Notes under the pieces: generated by a model
What the model saw: only the letters and a program-made list of their open reading frames with translations
Databases searched by the model: none
What the model was told of the DNA's origin: nothing
Source of the DNA: Octopus vulgaris
Lineage: Eukaryota
DNA length: 64,000 bases
Assembly (NCBI GenBank): GCA_951406725.2
Contig: OX597828.1
Location: 62,806,001-62,870,000, forward strand
Reading direction: 5' to 3'
Shown: piece after piece, positions 56,052 to 64,000 of the stretch
How the letters are laid out: each line of letters opens with the position of its first letter
How positions within the stretch are numbered: the stretch's first letter is position 1
Position numbers and translations under genes: made by a program

Positions 56052-56412
56052 GGCGAGCAGGCAGTATTGTTAGCATGCCGGATGAAATGCGTAGCCGTGT
56101 TTCGTCAGCCGCTACGTTCTGAGTTCAAATTCCGCCGAGGTCGACTTTGCCTTTCATCCTTTCAGGGTCGATTAAATAAGTACCAGTTACGCACTGGGGT
56201 CGATATAATCGACTTGATCCGTTTGTCTGTCCTTGTTTGTCCTCTCTGTGTTTAGCCCCTTGTGGGCAGTAAAGAAATAGGTATTTCGTCCGCCTTTTTG
56301 TTCTGAGTTCAAATCTCGTCAAGTTTGATAAAGTACCAATCAAGCACTCGGATCGATGTAACTGACCTACACCTCCCCTCAACTCGCTGGCCTTGTGCTA
56401 AATTTTGAAACC
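56052..56412 (+). mobile_element. Two adjacent SINE family 2 copies (CpG retained)
   Basis: GGCGAGCAGGCAG head, GAGTTCAAATTCC B box, GTCGACTTTGCCTTTCATCC core. Confidence 0.8.
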
Positions 56413-57368
56413 GGCATAGTTTCGGTTGTAGTAGCACAGATTTCCGTCGATTTCCGTAAAAAACTTTTATTTTTTTACATAAGTAATGAGAGCGAAAGAG
56501 ACTAAGAGGAAGCGATTTTACGACGAGAAGGTTTCACTTTGAAGTCGGCCTGTGTGTGTTTGATGGGGTGTGGGAGACAGACAGTATGTTGTGTAAGTGA
56601 AGTGCTTCTGTTAGTGTGTGTGAAGAGACAGACATACATATACACATACACCGAGAGTAAAAAATTACTATGAATCGGCCATACATACATACATACACAC
56701 ACACACATACATAGATACATACACACACACACATACATAGATACATACACACACACACATACATACATACATACATACACACACACATACTTACACACAC
56801 ACACACACACACATAGATACATACACACACACACATACATGCAGACATACATATACACATACACCGAGTAAAAAATTACACTGAATCGACCATACATACA
56901 TACACACATACATACATACACATACACACATACATAACATACACACACACACATACATGCAGACATACATATACACATACACCGAGTAAAAAATTACGAT
57001 GAATCGGCCATACATACATACACACACACATACTTACACACACACACATACATAGATACATACACACACACACACATACATGCATACATACATATACACA
57101 TACACCGAGTAAAAAATCAGTTATCTCTCTCTTTCACACATTACTCTCTCTGTCTCTTCGCACACACTAACAGAAGCACTTCACTTACACAACATACTGT
57201 CTGTCTCCCACACCCCATCAAACACACACAGGCCGATTTCAAAGAGAAACCTTCTCGTCGTAAAATCGCTTCCTCTTAGTCTCTTTCGCTCTCATTACTT
57301 ATGTAAAAAAATAAAAGTTTTTTACGGAAATCGACGGAAATCTGTGCTACGACATGCGAAACTTCGCC
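56413..57368. mobile_element. Foldback-type non-autonomous DNA transposon: 220-bp inverted arms around four internal repeats
   Basis: Arms at 56413-56632 and 57149-57368, GG...CC termini, imperfect 8-bp TSD TTGAAACC/ATGAAGCC. Confidence 0.85.
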
Positions 57369-57394
57369 ATGAAGCCATCACCTTTATCAGAATT

Positions 57395-57850
57395 CGAGCT
57401 GGAAGAATCGTCAGCGCGTTGGACGAAAGGCTTAACGCTATTTCGCCCGTCGCTCCGTTCTGAGTTCAAATTCCGTCGAGGTCGACTCTACCTTTCATCC
57501 TATTGGGATCGATAAAAACAAGTACCAGTTGAACACTGGGGATCGATGTAATCGACTCGTCCCCTCCGCCAAAATTGCTGCCCTTGTGACAAAATTTGAA
57601 ACCATTATTATTATTTTCTGAATTAAATCTAGGGTGATGGATTGCAAAAACAACCATAACGCTGGAAACAAAAGTGCTTTGCGATGTTTTTTTTTCCCCG
57701 TTTCGAGTTCTAATCCCGTCGAGATGAACTTTTCTTTTCATCCCTTCGGGGTCGATAAAATAAAATAGAAGAATCAGTTAAATCTGGGATCAATGTTCTC
57801 GATTAACCCCTCCCTCAAAACTGTAGACCTTGATTCTAAATTAGAAACCA
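57395..57850 (+). mobile_element. Two SINE family 2 copies (CpG retained)
   Basis: Same head and core as the copy at 56052. Confidence 0.8.
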
Positions 57851-58744
57851 TTGTATTCTATTTTAATATTCTATAATTTTTTTTTATCTTTGGAGCAGAT
57901 ATACGACAGGGTTATATATATACACACGCACACACATACGTATGTACACACATACGTATGTGCGTGTGTTGCGTATATAAGCTGTGCCTTTGTGACATTG
58001 TTAAACGCACAATACGTGGTGTCTAGAGGAAGGACTGACCTGGGCTGATAAATATAGACGATTACTAATGACAACAATAACGTCACAAATAACAACAATA
58101 TTAGTGACGTCAAAGCATCGGATGAGCCGTACGTGGTCGGCCGTTCGACCTGCTAGAAATAGCAGTCAAATCTACCGTATTTAGAAAATAAACTAAATGG
58201 GTAGAATATATGAGATAAAGGGATCGTAAATATGTCTAGTTGGAAGGAAAAGGGTGAGGTGATCACGGATGGAAATATTTTATTGTCATAAGTCTGATTG
58301 ACCACAGCTGACCTTGGGCTAAACAATATTATTAGAGGCAACGACATCATCAGTAAATGGTATTGAGAGAGAGAGAGAGAGAGAATATGCACGTGTATGT
58401 TTATGAGAGTGAGTGTTTGTGTATGCGTGTGTTTGTACGTACGTGTGAATTTGTAGGTACGTGTGTGTGTGTTAGTATGCGTGCGAGTTTATGTACACGT
58501 TTGTATGCGAAGGTGTGTGTGTTTGCAAGCGTGTTTATGTGAGTGCATATTTGTCAGGGTTACGAGAAGACGAGAGAGAAAGAAACATAGAGAGAGGGGA
58601 AACATGGAGAGAGAGGGGGGAGGGAGGGAGGGTCGTTGGATTCCAGGAAACTCAGCTGAAAACAATGGCAGGTTCTACTCTATGATGATTTAACATACAT
58701 TCTCTATTTTTAAACACACGACAGACAGACAGCCAGACACAACT

Positions 58745-59135
58745 CTCATATATTTCACAATTTATACACACACCCATGACGTATACGAGCTTTCATATAT
58801 TTTACCATTCTACACCCATTTAAACACTATATACCATAAAATTTATACACTAATCACATGATTCGCATATTTTACAATTAATTATACACTCATGACACGG
58901 CTTTTTATATATTTTACAATGATACATTCACGATGCAGTTTTCATATATTTTACATTTTTAAAGACAGCAGCCGTGTGTTCGCTTGTATATTATTAACCA
59001 TCATCAAGGTTAAGGCCAGACTGGAGCAGTGCCCTTGTATATTTTACAATTTATACACCAATGACAGCTTTCAGATATTTCGTAATTTATACGCCCATGA
59101 AACAGCTTTAATGTATATTACACTTATATGACATA
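58745..59135. repeat. Degenerate ~35-40-bp minisatellite (ATATTTTACAATTTATACAC.CATGACAGCTTT)
   Basis: Recurrent unit visible by eye. Confidence 0.65.
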
Positions 59136-59658
59136 TATGTATAAAATATTTGCCATATATAAGATTGTTTAAGGGAGAAGAGACAGTGTCAGCCCATAGC
59201 CGTTTCTGGTGCTGCCATACAGATGAAGTAGCTCACTCAGCTTTGGTGTTTATATGTTTACATTGTAAGGAAAGACGTGGAACGACGATGAGGTAGGGGT
59301 TATGTTCGGGAGTGGTTTGAAAGCTTGTAACAGACGCAACTCCGCTAAAGATGGCCAACGACTGAACGGTAGAGGCACAGGTAACCCATACATAGATTGA
59401 TTGTTATTGACATACAAAAGAACAGTTTGAAATGGGGTCTATATTTCACATCAGGACTGGACTTATCAGTTTTGCCTAGGATTGACTTTTTACAGAAAGG
59501 CACAATATAGGGAAAATGACATCATCATCACCACCACCTGGAGCAGGAGTACTATTACAACATGGGTTAGATATATCTGCAGCAGAACAGAACAACAAAC
59601 ATAGCACCAAAATTCTTGGAAACAATTTCAACATTAATACTGGAGTAGTATTAAAACA

Positions 59659-59904
59659 GTCTCCACGGCAACAATTACACTGAACTGAATAATCTCCATA
59701 GTAACCATGCTCTTCACGACCCAGGACTGAAGTCTCCCTAGCAACCATATTCTACATTACATAGCACTTAAGTCACCATAGCAACCATACTCTACATAGC
59801 TCTTAACAGTCTCCATAACAACCACACTCTACATAGCACTTGTGTAGAGTCATTATAGCAACCATGCTCTACATTACATACTGCTGAGCAGTCACCATAG
59901 TAAC
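59659..59904. promoter_or_regulatory. Tandem array of seven RFX X-box-like motifs
   Basis: 14-mers at 59659, 59692, 59732, 59772, 59809, 59849 and 59891 match or nearly match GTHNYY-AT-RRNAAC. Function is inferred only. Confidence 0.5.
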
Positions 59905-60337
59905 ACATCTTCCAGCCTCATCTATTGCCAGACTCTTTCAAAACACCACAATTTATTAACAATAATAATACAATACTAATAATAATAAATAGTTAATAAA
60001 CAATAATAGGTGCAGATGAAGCTGTGTTGTTAATAGATTTGCTTTCCAACCTTCTAGTTTTGCATTCAGTCCCACTGCTTGGTTTTGTGAGTAAATATGG
60101 TAAATGGAAACTGAAAGAAGCCTGTTATATATCTATCTGTCTGTCTGTCTGTCTAAAGTTTTACCACAAATTACTTGCTTCGTTCATGGAATTATATTGC
60201 TAAAGTATTTTGGTGAGATATTCAGCTGAAAATATTCAAAGGTCTATCACCTGAAGAAATGGCACTTTGTGAAAATATGAACTTATATAATATTATGTAT
60301 TAAGTTACACAACTGTACTCATGTTAGGAGTAAATAT

Positions 60338-60540
60338 TGGTTTCAAATTTAGGCACAAAGCCAACAATTTTGGAGGAGGGGATAAGTCGATTACATTGAC
60401 TCCAGTGTTTAACTGATACTTATTTTATTGATCCCAAAAGAATGAAAGGTAAAGTTGACCTCGGCAGAATTAAAATTCAGAACGTGAAAACGAAAGAAAT
60501 GCTACGTAGCATTTAGCCTGGTGTGCTTATGATTCTACCC
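60338..60540 (-). mobile_element. SINE family 2 copy (partly CpG-decayed)
   Basis: Reverse complement of the family core. Confidence 0.7.
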
Positions 60541-61174
60541 TGAAATATCCATTTATGGTATTCTTCTTTGCTATGTGTGTATGTCTTTGTCAGTCTTGAC
60601 ATTGTAGGATGGTTGTAAACCTCTTTAGTGTCATAAAAGCCTTTCCAATCTTCAGTGAAGGACATGTTCAGCCATGGGGAAATGCTGCCTTGTTTGGAAA
60701 CAAGTGGATGTTGGCAACAAGAAGAGCATCCAGCCATAGAAAATCTTTCTCAATAAATTCCACTCGAGCCAGGCAAGTATGGAAAGGGGGACACTAAATG
60801 ATGATGATTAGTAATAAATTTATTAATTAAGAACAGATAATAGTTTGAACTGTCCCATTTTATATAACTGTTGCCATGACAACACACTAGTGAACTTTTA
60901 TCTTTTGGTTTGTGTGGAGGAATTAAGATAATGATGAGGAGCAGACGAGGGGAGAGAGACAAAGTATTTTGATTTTAATCTATAATTGGTGATTGATTAC
61001 TTGTCAATGTGACAAAAAAAAAAAAAAAAAAAGATACTGGAAGTCCCCTATCTCCCCATATAAGCAGTAATAAACTTTTAGTGAGTTCAATACCAGCTGA
61101 AATATACAAACACACAATGACAAGAATAACAAGACAAACAAAATGGAAGTGTGATTATTAGCTTGACATAACCA

Positions 61175-61615
61175 CAAGTGTGGCTGTGCGGCGGTTAAGA
61201 AGCTTGTTTCCCAACCATGTGGTCTTGGGTTCAGACCCACTGTACAGCATCTGCAAGTGGCTTCTACCATAGCCTCAGTTGACCAAGGGCTTGTAAACAG
61301 ATTTAGTACATGAAAACAGGGAGAAGCTCGTGTATATGCATATAAACATATAAACACACATATCCATATATATGTGGTGTGTGGGTCCATGTGTGTGTTA
61401 TGTCCTTGTTTTGACATCACATGACGTTTGTAAACAAGCATGACCATCATCCAAGTGAGGTTCCATTCTTTCGTGAGAATTGTGTCTGGCCATGGGAAGA
61501 TTTTTCTTCACAAGGGTTAATGACAGGAAAGGCATCTGGCTGAATCTCCCTCAAAAAATTCCGTCTGACTCATACAAGCATAGAAAAGTGGACATTCAAT
61601 GAGAATGATGAGGAT
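61175..61615 (+). mobile_element. tRNA-derived SINE (decayed)
   Basis: TGGCTGTGCGG A box and GGTTCAGACCC B box; same body as 3120 and 16835. Confidence 0.75.
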
Positions 61616-62820
61616 GAAGAAGACTCACAGAGGGAATTAGAAGTTGAACTTCAATTCTTCAGAATGGGAAGCAAAAGGAAGAAGTGTTGAGGAAAGTAAA
61701 GGTAACAGGGTTAGTCCGCAATACACTATTAGGAACATTGGGTTTGTTTCACAGTTTCTCTAGTGTGTGTATATTTCCCACTTGGATGGGAAACCTGTCC
61801 ATCACAGGTAAACTCATTTTCACCTGTTGAGTGAACTGGAGCAATGTGGAATGAAGTGTTTTGCTCAAGAACATGCCACCTGGTCTGGGAATTGAACCCA
61901 TCATCAAGTGATTGTGAGTGCAATACCCAAACCACTAGGTTGTGTGCCTTCACTAAAGATGATCTGAGTAGCAGAGAAGAATCTGTCCTGTGGCAAGTCA
62001 TGGCTGAGGTCAAATGACTGGAATTGATAAAGAAATAGTCATCTTCATTGTCATTATCACAATTATTGTTTTAACATCCACTTCTCCAGGCCTGCATGGT
62101 TCGGATGGAATTGTTGAGTCAGCTTTTTTACTCTTCATGTAGCTGACCCCCACCAGTTTCAAGGCAAGGTAATGACACCACACACACACATCAATATCTA
62201 TCATCTAACGTCCATTTGTGTATCATCATCATTTAACATCTCTTTCTATGGCGGCATAGATTGGACAGTTCCACACGTATATATGTGCATGTGTGTGTGT
62301 GTGAGAGTGAATTTGCATTCCCCCCTACCTCCCTGTCTTCGTGTGTATTTCAATGGTAGTAAACAATGGTAGTGTGAATCTGGGATTCCCGACATCTTCA
62401 CATGCTGCACAATCTCTGTGAATAAAAGGCTAATTTTTATGGTCTTAGTTTCTGCATCTCATTAGCTTCCACATAAACACATCCATACCGTTTGTTGTTC
62501 AAGAAACCAGGAGATCCTTTACCTTGTTTGGAAACGTGTGGGTTGGCACAAGCAAGGATATTTGCAGAGGGTCCTATGAGTCTAGGGGCCCAGTTCTGGT
62601 CTATGGATGCTATTAATAAATAAATACTACAGAGCCCCATGCACTGCTTTGCCCCGGGGCTTATAATGCTGCTAAGACAGTCCTGGCACCTCTGCTGCAG
62701 AAACTCTGCTCCAACATAACAAGCGCTGAAGAGTGGTTATTAAGCGATGATAAGATATGCCAGAGGAATACTCAGTCGCTTATCTCTTAAATTAGCAAGT
62801 CATACATTTAGATAATTGAA

Positions 62821-63085
62821 TACATTTTGACGGAAATTTGTCCTCATTTTGCTTGTTGTTAACACAACATTTTGGCTGATGTACTCCCCAGCCTTCATCA
62901 GGTGTCCTGGGGGGAATTTTGAACATGGGTTCCCATTTGTAAGGTATTTTTCAAAATTCGTCCAAGACACCTGATGAAGGCTGGAGAGTACATCAGCCAA
63001 AATGTTGTGTTAACAAAGAACAAGATGAGGAGAAATTTCCATCAAATGTAACTAATGTACATAATTCCTCGTCTCTCAAATATAG
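62821..63085. mobile_element. Inverted pair of Penelope-type pLTR fragments, each with a decayed minimal hammerhead
   Basis: ~90-bp arms at 62821-62910 and 62962-63050; motif ACAC-CTGATGA-AGGCTG-loop-CAGCC-AAAATGTT-GTGT. Confidence 0.7.
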
Positions 63086-63244
63086 CAGTGAAGTATTCTC
63101 TTACCAAAAGTACCAAATGAGTCAATCATTATAGATTTTTAAAATTTTGTCTCATAAGGTCTGTTATCTGGTTTCCATGGTGGGACCAAAGTCACAAAGT
63201 GTCCCCTGAATGGGTTGCTGGTCTGTTGCAGGATTCAAGGCTAG

Positions 63245-63630
63245 TAATTTTGTAAGGCTGGTGTGGGGGACAAGTCAATTACCTCAGCCGTAGTATTTGA
63301 CTCGTACTTCATTTTATTGACTCAAAGGGATGAAAGGTAATGTTGTCCTTGGCAGGATTTGAACTCATAACATAGTGAGATGGAAGAAATGATTCTAAGC
63401 ATTTCTGTTTGACATGCTAATGATTCTGCCGGCTCGTTACCTTCTCATTAAATATTAGTTTCGAATTTTGGCACAAGGCCAGCAAATTCAAGGGAAGGAG
63501 TAAGTCAATTACATCAACCCCAGAGCTCAGCTGGTTCTTATTAATCCCTTGGTGGAATTTGAACTTCAAACACAAAGATATACAAAATGCTTTGCCCGAC
63601 CCACTCAATTCTACCAGCTCACTGCCTTAA
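63245..63630 (-). mobile_element. Two decayed SINE family 2 copies
   Basis: Reverse complement of the family core with CpG loss. Confidence 0.65.
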
Positions 63631-63648
63631 CTTCTAGTTGGAAATTAC

Positions 63649-64000
63649 GGATCTTTTCCTTTTGATGGACGGAATTTTCTAGTTAACTAAAAAATTTGAA
63701 ACTTCGTATACTGGTAGAATGTGTCAAAAGAAAACATTATTGTAAACAAAACTGAAAACAAAATTGTAATTTGTAAGTTTAACGTAGTTTAATTCGAAGA
63801 ATTTTAACCAATGAAATCCCAGCATCTTCGAATTTTAACCAATGAAATCTCAGCATTTGAGCTCAAATCATTTGCTGCGTTATCGATAAAGAAGCATAGC
63901 AGACGCATGCCGCATACACACACACACATATTCAGATACATACACACGTACACTTGCACACACACACACTCTGTTACTCTCTCTCTCTCTCAAACACATG
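63649..64000. mobile_element. Relative of the 55.3-kb Merlin-like MITE (partial)
   Basis: Starts GGATCTTTTC. AAACTTCGTATACTGGTAGAATGTGT is the reverse complement of ~55604-55629. Right boundary not seen. Confidence 0.65.

Noticed and set aside
56633-57120. CRISPR-like repeats inside the foldback element
   Set aside because: Spacers are simple (CA/CATA)n and lie inside transposon arms.
59659-59904. CRISPR-like repeat-spacer look
   Set aside because: Linkers are related to each other (CATRYTCTACAT), there are no cas genes and the context is eukaryotic.

Overview
AT-rich, repeat-dense eukaryotic DNA. The SINE types and very long (TA/TACA)n tracts suggest a coleoid cephalopod such as Octopus (inference). 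The only host gene I can support is a minus-strand RIT1/RIT2 (Ric)-like Ras GTPase with four coding exons at 10.6-14.2 kb; I could not find its P-loop exon in the window. The centre (25-51.6 kb) is about 15.6 kb of purine/pyrimidine-alternating microsatellite holding four APE-RT LINE copies of three subfamilies, two on each strand, with a 100-N gap between the two pairs. These LINEs and several tRNA-derived SINEs share a covarying two-hairpin 3' end. Also present: a full-length mariner, a decayed Tc1/maT element, Merlin-like and piggyBac-like MITEs, a 220-bp-arm foldback element, decayed Penelope-type hammerhead ribozyme motifs, a CpG-retaining domain (~53-59.4 kb) and, at its edge, a tandem array of seven RFX X-box-like motifs.
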